Source of the DNA: Calditrichia bacterium
GTDB lineage: Bacteria; Calditrichota; Calditrichia; JAJRVZ01
Direction of reading: 5' to 3'
DNA: 64,000 nucleotides
NCBI GenBank assembly: GCA_963796965.1
Contig: CAWCNS010000020.1
Span: forward strand, 13,794-77,793
A program made the position numbers and the translations under genes. Each line of letters begins with the position of its first letter. Position 1 is the stretch's first letter. This document shows positions 44,009 to 54,847 of the stretch, one piece after another. Under the pieces are notes generated by a model. That model saw only the letters and a program-made list of their open reading frames with translations, was not told where the DNA came from and searched no databases.

Positions 44009-44226
44009 GAATATCGTGGTGTAAAAACCGAAAGATACACATCTGTGAAAGACCTAAATGGTCCCTGGCTGCTTTATGATAATTATGTAGATCCTTATCA
44101 ATTAAAAATTGAAGTAAATAATCATGAATTCTCTCATATAAAATGAAACTGGAAAAAGAATGAGAAAAGCTTCTGATTAAAACAAACGATGAATTTAATG
44201 ATGGCGATTACTACATGAAAAAGTAG
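44009..44226 (+). pseudogene. C-terminal remnant of a sulfatase
   Basis: EYRGVKTERYTSVKDLNGPWLLYDNYVDPYQLK resembles the sulfatase C-terminal LYD...DPYQ motif; stops follow. Confidence 0.6.
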
Positions 44227-44354
44227 GGTTACGCTTATGACTAAAATCATAATGACAATGAATAATTTATATAATAATCTGACTTTGAACAATTTAATAA
44301 AACAAAGAAATGTATATATCTCGTATTTTGCAAAAGAACAAAAGGAGTACTTTT

Positions 44355-45598
44355 ATGTTTTCTTTAAAAAAATATTTTCAGTCTTTAGCTTAATATTAAT
44401 TGTTTCATGCACAAATCAAAAAGAGGCACAATTTAAAGTAAAACCCATTACCGATGATGCAAATGCCTGGTGGGCAAGAGCATTAGGTGACATTAATGGT
44501 GATGGATTATTAGATGTAGCACTTCAAGATAATAATGCATATGGTGGCTGGTTGGGGTGGCTTGAAGCCACTGAGAATGGGAGTCTGTGGAAACAACATA
44601 TTATAGCCGGAAACGGGCAGGATGGTGATACCTTTGCCTGCGGCGATTTTGAGATCGGTGATATCGATAGTGATGGAGATATTGACATTCTCGGATTTAA
44701 ACATACTGGTGAGCGAGACGGTGCAGGAACGCCAACAGAAATTTTCTGGTATTCAAATCCGGAATGGCAAGCTGTTTATATTGGACAAGCACCCAATTTC
44801 ATCAAAGATGTTAATTTAACAGATTTAAACAATGATGGGCGACTGGATCTGGTCACAGTTTGTTCTATGAGTAACACACTCTCAATATTTAGACAAGATA
44901 CCCCGGAATCCTGGGTATCAGTTCATCAACTTAATATTAAAAATTTAAATGAAGGTCTGGACGTGGGAGATATTGATGGTGATCATGACATTGATATTGC
45001 AACAGGTGGCTATTGGCTTGAAAATCCGGGTGGTGATTTTTCGGCTGAATGGCACACATATGTAATTGATGAAAAATGGCATAATCAGGATGGGGATTGG
45101 TCTAAGAATGCGACAAAGATTTTTTGCCGGGATATTAATGGTAATGGTCGAACTGAAGTGTTTATTTCACATTCTGAACGTGCAGGCTATCCGGTTGCAT
45201 GGTATGAATCGGAATCTCCCAAAGAAGGCGGCTGGAAAGAACATATAATAATATCCGAACTTCCTGCTGTGCATACTCTACAGATATATGATTTTAATTT
45301 AGACGGCGATCTGGATGTCCTTGCAGGAGTAAATGGGGGTAGAGCAAAAAATCTCAATTTTACAGGATTCCCTGTTGTGATCTTCTTGAATTTAGGAGAC
45401 AAAGAAAAGTGGGAACCATTAGAATTGACGAAACAAGGTATCTATAATGGTCAGGTTGCTGACATGGAAGGGGATGGTGATTATGATATATTCAGGCTAC
45501 CAGCCCACTGGGCGAAGGATTTTGAGGTGTGGGTTAATCAATACAATAATAAAGAATATAAAAAATGGAGAGAAGTCAAAAATATGATAAGTAATTGA
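44355..45598 (+). CDS. FG-GAP-repeat beta-propeller lipoprotein
   Basis: AAGGAG RBS then ATG 44355 (needs a 1-nt correction, probably in an A-run), lipobox IVSC, seven DxDxDG-like repeats. Confidence 0.75.
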
Positions 45599-45667
45599 AA
45601 ATACAGTAATTAGAAAAAAGTAATATCAAACGTTTGTCATTGGCGACAGCTGAAACAGGAGGAAAGA

Positions 45668-47093
45668 GTGGAAAAATCTAACGCCCAACTATACGAAGAA
45701 CGGCTAAAGCGGTATGTCACGGCCAACTACAATGAGAAACCGGATCGCATTCCGATACGCCTTTTTGCCGAGGAATTTGCAGCCCAATACACTGGGCACA
45801 GCAATTTCGAGGTTGCATGCGACATGAACTTGATGTTTGATGTAAATAGAGAATGCGCCAAGGGGCTTGGACTGGATGCTATTCAAGCAAACTCCATTGT
45901 CAACTGGGCGGGAATGATTAAATCCCTTGGCTGGAAGGGAATCACCTTCCCCGGCATAGGCCTTCCAGTTGATCAGGTAAATCAGTGGAGTGAGCCAGGT
46001 TCTGAAGAAGAAGCATTCCTCAAGTCGGATGAATACGACTGTCTCATAGAGGATCCTACCGGGTTTATTCTTGACACCTGGTTTCCGCGTTTCACCGAAC
46101 ATGGACATGCTGCTGGTGAACCTGTAACTTTTAGGCATAATATGTCGCTAATTAATGGCGCAATTGCCTTTAGTAACTATTTATTGTCGGCGTGGCCGCA
46201 GAAGACAATAGAGCTTGTGGAAGCAGGCATCGTACCGGCTGTTTCTTCTGCTCTCAAAGCTCCTTTAGATATTCTTGGCGACAGAGCTGCGGGGTTACAT
46301 GAACCTTGTGATGGACCTGGGCATTCAAAGGGAAAAGGTGATTGAGGCATGCGAAGCTCTGGCGCCTCATCTTTGTGCTACAGCTCTGGGAGGTGCAGAT
46401 CCCAATCACAACTACCCAATTGTTATGTGGATGCATCGGTCCTGTGCGCCATTCATTTCAATTAAAGATTTTGATGAGATTCACTGGCCGACACTGAAAC
46501 CGATCATCGAAGAGCTTTGGTCGCATGGGCACCAGGTTCTTTTTTATGCTGAAGGAAACTGGGAACGCCATCTCGACAAGTTCTTGGAACTGCCCGAGAA
46601 GAGCATCATCTTTCATGCTGACAGAACTGATATATTCAAGTCCCATAAAGTACTGGGGCACAAGTTCTGCATAAGTGGCGGCATACCCAACGAATTGTTG
46701 GTATTAGGAAAACCTGATCAAGTCAGGGAACGGTGCAAGAAGGTTATTGATGAGGTTGCGCAGGATGGTGGGTATATCATGGACGCAAGCGCGCTTATTT
46801 TGAATGACGCAAAGATAGAGAATGTAAAGGCTATGGTCGATTTCACCAGAGAATATGGTGTGTACAGCCAGGGTTCCTGTACGAAAACAATCGAGGAACT
46901 CAAGAACATCGAACGATCCCGACCTGCAAGTACCTTCAAAAACTCAGACCGTAGACCGGGAACGTGTATCCCATGGGATCAGATAAGGAAGGAACTCCCT
47001 CCTATCCACGGTGATGAAAACCTGGTCAGGAAAATGTGGGAGGGGGTTGACGGGCTGGGGTATGCATTCTGCTGGATTAACTTGACTTGGTAG
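45668..47093 (+). CDS. Uroporphyrinogen-decarboxylase/MtaA-like family protein; one apparent frameshift near 46285
   Basis: PDRIP, LRG..NL..D, FIS..DFDEI.WPTLK, CISGGIP...G.P.QV..RCK.VID and GGYI motifs of the URO-D-like TIM barrel. Confidence 0.75.
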
Positions 47094-47211
47094 AAAGTGC
47101 ACTCACGCTACTGGATGAATTTATCCTAAACTGGATAAAAGCGAAACCAGAGGAGAAATAATAAGGTAAATTTAAATTAATAGATGGTTAATAATAAATG
47201 TAGAGAAGCAA

Positions 47212-48426
47212 ATGAAAAATTCAATCCGAATCAAGCTTTCCATAATGATGTTTGTAGAATACTTTATCTGGGGAGCATGGTTTGTAACGATGGGCACATA
47301 TCTCACAGGTATTGGTTTCCAGGGAGTTGCGATTGGGAATGCATACAGCACAACTGCCTGGGCGGCAATCATTACGGCATTTTTTATAAGTTTAGTGGCA
47401 GACAAATATTTTGCCGCGGAAAAGTTAACCGGTGTGCTACATATCCTCGGAGGTATTGTCTTATTTGGTGCATCATTAATCAATACTCCAGGCCTGTTTT
47501 TTTGGACTTTGTTGTTATATACTATTTTCTATATGCCGACGATTGCATTGACAAACGCGATAACTTTTAATCAAACGGCTAATCCCGATAAGGACTTTCC
47601 CAGAATTCGTGTATTGGGCACGCTTGGCTGGATAGTTGCCGGATTGACCATTGGCTTTCTGAACATTGAAAACACTCCCCGTCCCATTCAAATAGCCGCG
47701 ATCGTATCCATTATGTTTGGTGTGTACTGTTTCTTTCTTCCCGATACACCTCCAAAATCCAAGGGGAAAACTACTACAGTTAGAGATGCGCTCGGACTTG
47801 ATGCCTTAGCGTTGATGAAAGACAGATCCTACTTTGTACTCATCATAAGTTCAATACTAATCACCATTCCCTTTGCCTGTTATCATCAATTTACAAATAT
47901 GATGCTCAATGAAAATAATATTTCTAATGCCGCAGCAAAAATGACTCTTGGGCAAGGCGCAGAGCTTATTTTTATGTGGATAATGCCGTTTTTTTTAGTA
48001 AGACTAGGTATAAAAAAAATGCTTGCTGCAGGTATGCTTGCATGGGTATCTAGGTATGTCTTACTAGCATTTGGAAATAGTACCGAATTGATGTGGTTTA
48101 TCTATCTGGGTATCATTCTGCATGGAATATCTTATGATTTCTTTTACGTAACCGGACAAATATACGTTGATAAAAAAGCACCGAGAGATTTAAGAGCAAG
48201 TGTACAAGGTTTTATGACACTCGTTACATTTGGAGTAGGTTGGCTGATTGGGGCCCAGATATCCGGCTGGATTTTACAATCCTACCAAATTGTAAATGAA
48301 GCACAAAAAGTAATAGGACACAATTGGCAGGTAATTATGTTGATACCTTCTGCCATTGCAGCAGTTGTATTTGTCTTCTTCTTTTCTTTTTTCAAAAACA
48401 ATGAGAAATCACTATCCCCTGAATAA
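47212..48426 (+). CDS. MFS nucleoside:H+ symporter family permease (NupG/XapB-like)
   Basis: LSIMMF.EYFIWGAW, FPRIRVLGTLGWI and LHGISYDFFYVTGQIYVD motifs. Confidence 0.88.
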   Translation: MKNSIRIKLSIMMFVEYFIWGAWFVTMGTYLTGIGFQGVAIGNAYSTTAWAAIITAFFISLVADKYFAAEKLTGVLHILGGIVLFGASLINTPGLFFWTLLLYTIFYMPTIALTNAITFNQTANPDKDFPRIRVLGTLGWIVAGLTIGFLNIENTPRPIQIAAIVSIMFGVYCFFLPDTPPKSKGKTTTVRDALGLDALALMKDRSYFVLIISSILITIPFACYHQFTNMMLNENNISNAAAKMTLGQGAELIFMWIMPFFLVRLGIKKMLAAGMLAWVSRYVLLAFGNSTELMWFIYLGIILHGISYDFFYVTGQIYVDKKAPRDLRASVQGFMTLVTFGVGWLIGAQISGWILQSYQIVNEAQKVIGHNWQVIMLIPSAIAAVVFVFFFSFFKNNEKSLSPE

Positions 48427-48449
48427 ATTAAATAAATAGGAGATGTAAC

Positions 48450-50743
48450 ATGCATAAATTATTCATTATGAGTTTCATTTTATTAAATTTTTTAATTTCC
48501 ATTAATGTCAATGCGCAAATGCGTATCGATCAATGGAATTATATTCAGGTGGATAGTTCACGCCAAAAATGGGGTGACTGGAATAAACCGGACTGGTTAC
48601 GCTATTTTGGCTTTGACGCCAGAGATATCACCGGCGATGGTTTTAAAGATATCGTTGCCGGCCGGTATTTTTATCGCAATCCCGGTGGTAATATGACAGG
48701 AGAATGGGAGCGTACAGATTTTGGAATAAATGTAGACGGGATGCTGTTCGTCGATGTTGACGGTGATAAATATGGAGATGTCATTGCTCAGGCTCTGCCG
48801 AATGTTTATTGGCTTGAGGCGGAGGATATGTTGGGACGTTCCTGGCAGATTTATAAAATAGCAGAATTAGCACCTACTAAGCATGTGAATGGACAAGGAT
48901 ACAAAATTGCCCAAATTATCGATGGCGGCAAGCCTGAAATTGTATTCACTACAACAGAAGGCGTTTTTTATATCGAAATTCCTGAAGAAAACCTGATAGC
49001 GCCCTGGAAAACAGTCCGCATGACTTCCGGAACGATGGATGAAGGCGTCGGAATCGGTGATATGAATGGCGATGGGCACTTGGATGTTGTAGCCGGCGTC
49101 GAAATAAAAGTGAAAGAGACCTATAGGTTGATGCTTTATGAGAATCCAGGGGATGGCTCAGCTGATTGGAAGGGGAGGACTATTACAAAGGATGTTATGG
49201 TACCTGATCGTATTGTTATAGCTGATTTTAATGGCGATCAACTTAAAGACGTCGCTGTTTCGGAAGAGCGTTCACCTGGAAAAGAACCGAATGCCAACCT
49301 AAACTGGTATGAACATCCAACCGATTCAAAACAGGAAAACTGGGAAAGACATACCGTAACTACCAGCTGGTCTATGAATAATCTTGATGCAGTCTGATAT
49401 TGATATGGATGGCGTCGTGGATTTAGTGACCAATGAACATAAGGGCGAGGCGAAAAAACTGATCATTTTTAAAAACGACGGCAAAGGAAATTTTACGGAA
49501 CAGTTGATTGATACCGGTAAAGAAATGCACCTTGGAGCACGTTGTTTTGATTTTGACACTGATGGCGATCTTGATATTGCCGGACCAAGTTGGGAAGGCT
49601 TTAAGCAGACTTCATCTCTGGCGAAATGATGCCTTGAAAAACCCTGCTTCAGTCAAATGGTCGCATATTTCCACAAATACCCACCTGCGAGAGTTCCCCA
49701 CCGCCAATGTGGGCTGGCAGGTCTCTTCTATTGTTATTGATATCGATAAAAATGGATCGGATGATATCGTTATCGCCGGGTGGAGTGATCCCAGTATGGT
49801 GTGGTTGCAGCGAGTGGAAAAAGGCTGGAAACGGTATGAAGTGGATGATAAAAAAAGCCATCACTCCGCCGGTGCGACCTATTGGGATATTGACGGCGAC
49901 GGCGATTTAGATATTTTGAGCGGCGGCAGTTGGAATATCAATGAAGTGTGGTGGTGGGAAAATCCTTTTCCTGAGTTTGATGTGGATAAAGCATGGACAC
50001 GCTATACCATAAAAAACTATGGGGAAAAGAGTCATCACGATCAGATATTTGGTGATTTTGATGGAGACGGAAAAACCGAATTGGTTTTTTGGAACATGAA
50101 TGCGAAGAAACTTTGGGTTGGCGACATTCCGGATGATCCTAAAAAAACAGAAAATTGGAAGTTTCACACACTCTGGTCATGGACAAAGAAATTTAAGTAT
50201 GAAGGATTAGCAAAAGCAGATATAGACCTGGATGGTATAATGGATTTGATTGGCGGCGGTTACTGGTTTAAACATGAAGGCGACACAACCTATACTCCTA
50301 ATCAAATAGATGATTATGGCATGTCCCGTTCGGCAGCCGGTGACCTGATCAAGGGCGGTCGTCCGGAAATCGTGCTCGGTTCCGGTGACGGTATAGGTCC
50401 ATTAAATCTATATGAATGGAATGGCGAGACCTGGGTAAAAACAATCCTGATTGATACGGTAGACCATGGTCATACACTTCAGGTTGGCGATGTCAATGGT
50501 GACGGAAATCTGGATATTTACACTGCGGAGATGAAAAATCCGGGCGCAGGAGATTTCGCAAAGCAATACGTGTTGTATGGTGATGGTAAAGGAAAATTTA
50601 CCATTCAGATTGTGTCCATCGGTATAGGCACACATGAGGGTAAACTTGGCGACATGGACGGCGACGGCGATCTGGATATTCTGCAGAAAGATTTTAAATC
50701 TCAAAAACGAGTAGACGTCTGGTTTAATGAGAGTACGAAGTAA
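48450..50743 (+). CDS. Secreted protein with two FG-GAP beta-propellers; apparent frameshifts near 49393 and 49609
   Basis: Three ORFs join by restoring AGCT twice (LDAADID; FKQLHLW). The second propeller aligns with 13602-14753. Confidence 0.75.
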
Positions 50744-50861
50744 GACTGTTTTTTTATGGAAAGCACCACGTCTTGATATTTGGGAACAAGAATAACTGTT
50801 GAAATTTTGAAAAAATTGGATACTAGTTCAATTTTAATAAATCTTAAGGGAAATTATTTTA

Positions 50862-52118
50862 ATGAAAAGATATTTATTCCTGATAATAATTCTAATGTTT
50901 GCAATGCAAAGTTATGCCGGAGATAAATTTTATCGTGAGTTTTGGGCAAAGCAAGATATAAATATCTCTAACTTAGATGGAAGAAGGTGGCGTGTTAATG
51001 ATGATGAAATTGCCTTGCACCAACGTTTTTCCGTTTGGAAAGAAGTTGCTTCAAATGGTTTGATGCTGATAAACGCACCGGAACAATTATTAAGTCTTGA
51101 AAAAGCCGAGCTTTATCTGGAAATGTGGGGAGGTCATCCCAAAACGACAAACAAGCGCGTATCGGTGAACGGCAAGGCCACTTACCAGCTTCCTGATTAT
51201 GGCTCAACAGAAGGCCATTGTGTATATGCTTATCCGGTTATTGACATAGAGCCGGCTCATCTGGTAAATGGTAGAAATGCTTTACAATTCTCCTGTGACA
51301 AAGGACGTTCCTTCTGGGGGCATTACATTTTAGATAATGCGGTTCTTCGTTATGTTTATAAACGTGATAGTTTAGTGAAAAAATATCCGGATTTGAAGGA
51401 TTTTTCCGCAATGGTTAATACAGCTGCCGTCATATTTAATGAGAAAGCGGGATTAAAACTTAATATCCCTAAGAAATTCGAAGATCAAATAGAATCTGCG
51501 GAATATTTTGCCAAATATGCCGGATTTGATGATAACGGAAACACCAGAGATTATGACTGGCATGGCTACACTTTCGAGAAGCAATGGACACATCATATTG
51601 GCCAGGCTACGAAAGCGCCTTTTAAAATTGAGTGGCAAACCGAACATATCCCTGATCAAAATAAGCCTATTCAATTTAAAGCCATCATCAAATTTAAGGA
51701 TGGCCTCTTTTATGAAACCGAAGAAACGTCCGGTTCGCTTCTCAAGCGTACAAATCAAAATGTGATGATGTTTTATTGTTATGAGGCACCTGTGCCGTTT
51801 TGGTCCCGGGATAACAGGCTGAAGGTTGGAAAAATGAACCTACCGGTAGACCCGAAAAACGTTATCAGCGCCCGGTTGCATATCAAAACCTGGGATGGCG
51901 GAAAAGGCGAGATAGATGAACCATTTATAATAAATGGTCATGCCTATGATATTTCAGAGATGAATGGCCGTCACATAACGGTTCATACAGTATTAGATGT
52001 TAATCCTGCCCACTTAAAGGAAGGCGAAAATGAGATAAGTCTACTATCTGATACGGAACATCATGGTATTGAAATACTGCGTCCGGGCCCATGTCTCATT
52101 TTGCGTATATCGCGATAA
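50862..52118 (+). CDS. Secreted uncharacterised His-rich protein (paralogue 2)
   Basis: Signal peptide; EMWGGH..T, DWHG, HHIG, PDQ and DTEHHGIE..PGP motifs. Confidence 0.8.
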   Translation: MKRYLFLIIILMFAMQSYAGDKFYREFWAKQDINISNLDGRRWRVNDDEIALHQRFSVWKEVASNGLMLINAPEQLLSLEKAELYLEMWGGHPKTTNKRVSVNGKATYQLPDYGSTEGHCVYAYPVIDIEPAHLVNGRNALQFSCDKGRSFWGHYILDNAVLRYVYKRDSLVKKYPDLKDFSAMVNTAAVIFNEKAGLKLNIPKKFEDQIESAEYFAKYAGFDDNGNTRDYDWHGYTFEKQWTHHIGQATKAPFKIEWQTEHIPDQNKPIQFKAIIKFKDGLFYETEETSGSLLKRTNQNVMMFYCYEAPVPFWSRDNRLKVGKMNLPVDPKNVISARLHIKTWDGGKGEIDEPFIINGHAYDISEMNGRHITVHTVLDVNPAHLKEGENEISLLSDTEHHGIEILRPGPCLILRISR

Positions 52119-52230
52119 TCCCCCGCCGGCAGATGGCTTAAAAATCATCATTGTGGACACCGATCATCTTTGGGGAATAGGTGGAAATACGCAATGGGTA
52201 TGGAAAAGTTTTTTGCGTGGTCTTAATTTT
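52113..52230 (+). pseudogene. Short remnant of another glycoside-hydrolase-like gene (DUF6298-like, recalled from memory)
   Basis: DNPPPADGLKIIIVDTDHLWGIGGNTQWVWKSFLRGLN is clearly protein-like but has no start. Confidence 0.4.
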
Positions 52231-52379
52231 AAGTTATTGTTGTAATGTTGCTTAAAAGGTGGAAGATCATTTAACCAATACCAGGCATTGTTGACTCAAT
52301 GGTGGTTTTTATGCATACCTGGTATTGAATCAATACGTTGCCAGATACGAATAAATGGCAAAAAAATACCAATATAATC

Positions 52380-52425
52380 TTGAAAAATAGAGTCTTGGTA
52401 TTTAACTTAGTGCGTTAGTGCTATA
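52380..52425 (+). promoter_or_regulatory. Sigma70-like promoter with the most complete tandem operator
   Basis: TTGAAA (52380-52385), 17 nt, TAACTT (52403-52408). 52407-52425 reverse complement is TATA-GCACTAAC-GCACTAA. Confidence 0.65.
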
Positions 52426-52591
52426 ATTTGGAAATGGTAAATTCCAAACTATTTCAGATTACCAAGAGGAATAGAAAAACTAGATTATTGAACATTCCAA
52501 GCATATTCAATTTTTTGTCATAATATCTGAAACAATGCTTAATGCATAAGAAATATAATTAAATACCGGGATAAAAATCAAAGGGGCGCCA

Positions 52592-53878
52592 ATGAATAGG
52601 AGTTTTTTAATAACGAATGTGATAGCATTATTAATAGTCGTTATATTTTGTGGACAGGTATTGTCCCAGGAAATGTTTTACAGTGAATACTGGGCAGAGT
52701 ATGATTCAACTATTACCGAGAAAAATTCCAACCACTGGCGCATAAATGATGAATCCGTAAGCCTTCATGAGAGATACGGACCTCGCACGGAAACAAAATC
52801 AAATGGGCTGTTAATGATTCCTATTGAAGAAGATCTATTTTTGCTTGATAAAACCGAGTTATGCCTGGAAATGTGGGGTGGGCACATTAAAACCGAACAT
52901 AAAAGGTTTTATGTGAACGGCAGGGGACCCTATTATTTACCGAGAACAGGCGTGGAAGAAGGGTATTATTCATATTCCAACCCAACGATATATCTTCAGA
53001 CCCAACATTTGGTTAGGGGTAAAAATGCTTTCCAGTTTACTGTGGATAAAGCCGGGGCCGGATGGGGACATTATATCGTAAAGGAAGCAGCGCTTAGGTG
53101 TTATTTGAAAAAGGATCATCCGGATTTGACAACTGATGGAATTGATAGATTTAAGGCCGTGGTTAGGGTGGGATCAAAAAACGGCTTTTTAACGGATATT
53201 TCTTCGGTCGTGTTAAACTATGAGGAAGGGTTTCGATCAAAAATAGATTCTGTGGTATATTTTGCCCGCTACGCCGGTTTCGATGATAAAGGATTAGGGA
53301 AAGATAATTACTGGCATGGGATGACTGTAAGAAGAAAATTTGTAAATCATGTCGGTTCATCCTGCAGACCGCCATATCAAGTTGATTGGGATACCGAGAT
53401 GCTACCCGACCAGCCGGGACCAATGGAAATCCGGGCAATCGTTTATTTAAAAAAGGGCATTCGTTATCAAACAGAACCATCAGCTAATCTGCTTTTTGCG
53501 GAAGACAGAAATACAGTTCGGATGTATAAATGTGAGCCGTTTCCTCCGTTCTTTGGGTCAAGAATGTCAAGAGAAAAGACTGCTTATATCACCATACCGG
53601 ATAATATTGCCAATATTCAGAAAGCGCAACTTGTTATAAAAAATTGGGGGCGCCATCATGGTCATAATAAAGACCCGTTTAAATTTAATGATCTTCCATA
53701 TGATCTTTTTTCTGAAGTCGTTTCCAGATTGCTCGCTTTCTCCAGAATAAATGTCAGCACCGGCGACCTCTTGCCCGGTAAAAACACATTTTCCGTCTTT
53801 TCTGACACTGAACATCATTCGTTAGAAATGTTTTTACCGGGTCCTGTTTTAATAGTTAAGGAAAAAAGAAAGAAATAA
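52592..53878 (+). CDS. Secreted uncharacterised His-rich protein (paralogue 3)
   Basis: Full-length similarity to 50862: EMWGGHIKT, YWHG, NHVG, PDQ, DTEHHSLE..PGP. Confidence 0.8.
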   Translation: MNRSFLITNVIALLIVVIFCGQVLSQEMFYSEYWAEYDSTITEKNSNHWRINDESVSLHERYGPRTETKSNGLLMIPIEEDLFLLDKTELCLEMWGGHIKTEHKRFYVNGRGPYYLPRTGVEEGYYSYSNPTIYLQTQHLVRGKNAFQFTVDKAGAGWGHYIVKEAALRCYLKKDHPDLTTDGIDRFKAVVRVGSKNGFLTDISSVVLNYEEGFRSKIDSVVYFARYAGFDDKGLGKDNYWHGMTVRRKFVNHVGSSCRPPYQVDWDTEMLPDQPGPMEIRAIVYLKKGIRYQTEPSANLLFAEDRNTVRMYKCEPFPPFFGSRMSREKTAYITIPDNIANIQKAQLVIKNWGRHHGHNKDPFKFNDLPYDLFSEVVSRLLAFSRINVSTGDLLPGKNTFSVFSDTEHHSLEMFLPGPVLIVKEKRKK

Positions 53879-53898
53879 AATTTTTCAGGATTAGAACC

Positions 53899-53950
53899 CA
53901 TGAAGGACAAATCGGCGACCTGGATGGCGACGGTGACTTGGAAATTTTGC
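53899..53950 (+). pseudogene. Single-repeat FG-GAP remnant
   Basis: HEGQIGDLDGDGDLEIL matches HEGKLGDMDGDGDLDIL near 50633. Confidence 0.5.
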
Positions 53951-53979
53951 ATTATCTTTAAAAGTAAAAGGAGAGCACA

Positions 53980-54838
53980 ATGGCTTTAGAGAATATGACC
54001 CAAATGTTGTTAAAAGCCAGAGACAATAATTATGCGGTTGGTGCCTTCAATATCCTGGATTATAATTCGTTCAAAGCCGTTATAGATGCTGCCCAGGAAT
54101 TACATGCCCCTGTCATTGTACAAACCTCGGTAAAAACCATAAAATTATGGGGATATGAGGCCATCATTACCTGGTACAAGGAACTTGCCGGCTCTGTGTC
54201 TGTTCCTGTGGCTATCCATGTTGATCATTGTACGGACCTGGATGTAATCCAAAAATGTATTGAGGCAGGATGGACGTCCGTCATGATCGACGCCTCAGCA
54301 AACCCATTTGAGGAGAATCTGGCTATATCCAAAAAAGTTGTCGATATGGCTGAAAGAGAAAATGTAAGCGTCGAAGCGGAATTGGGTGAGATAGGTGGCG
54401 TTGAAGATGATAAAATTGTCGCTGAGGAGGATGCCGGATTAGCTGATCCCGGAAAGTCAAAGGATTTTTGTGCGAACCTGAACCTGGCCTGTTTTGCACC
54501 GGCAATCGGGACTGCCCATGGTGTTTATAAAGGTGAACCTAAAATTGCCTTTGACCGAATCAGAGGAAATTGCAGCTTCCACAGGTGTGCCTCTTGCATT
54601 ACATGGCGGTACAGGTCTTTCAGAGGAGGTATTTAAAAGATGCATTAACCTTGGCTGTGCCAAGGTAAATATCTCTACTCAACTCAAACATACTTTTATT
54701 AAATCATTTTTGGGTTTCCACCATGAAAATCCAAATTTAATGGAGCCGGTCAAGTTCCTAACCGATCAATATATTAAACTGAAATCTGATGTTGTCACAA
54801 ATATTAAATTATTTGGCAGTGAGGGTAAAGCTAAGTAG
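53980..54838 (+). CDS. fba: Class II fructose/tagatose-bisphosphate aldolase; apparent frameshift near 54562
   Basis: YAVGAFN, HVDH, SVMIDAS, EAELG, IGTAHG, LHGGTG and KVNIST motifs. Confidence 0.9.
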
Positions 54839-54847
54839 GGAGAAGAA

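Noticed and set aside
52276..52327. 10-bp inverted repeat CAATACCAGG/CCTGGTATTG as a terminator or ncRNA
   Set aside because: Long loop, no U-tract and a single copy; function cannot be supported.
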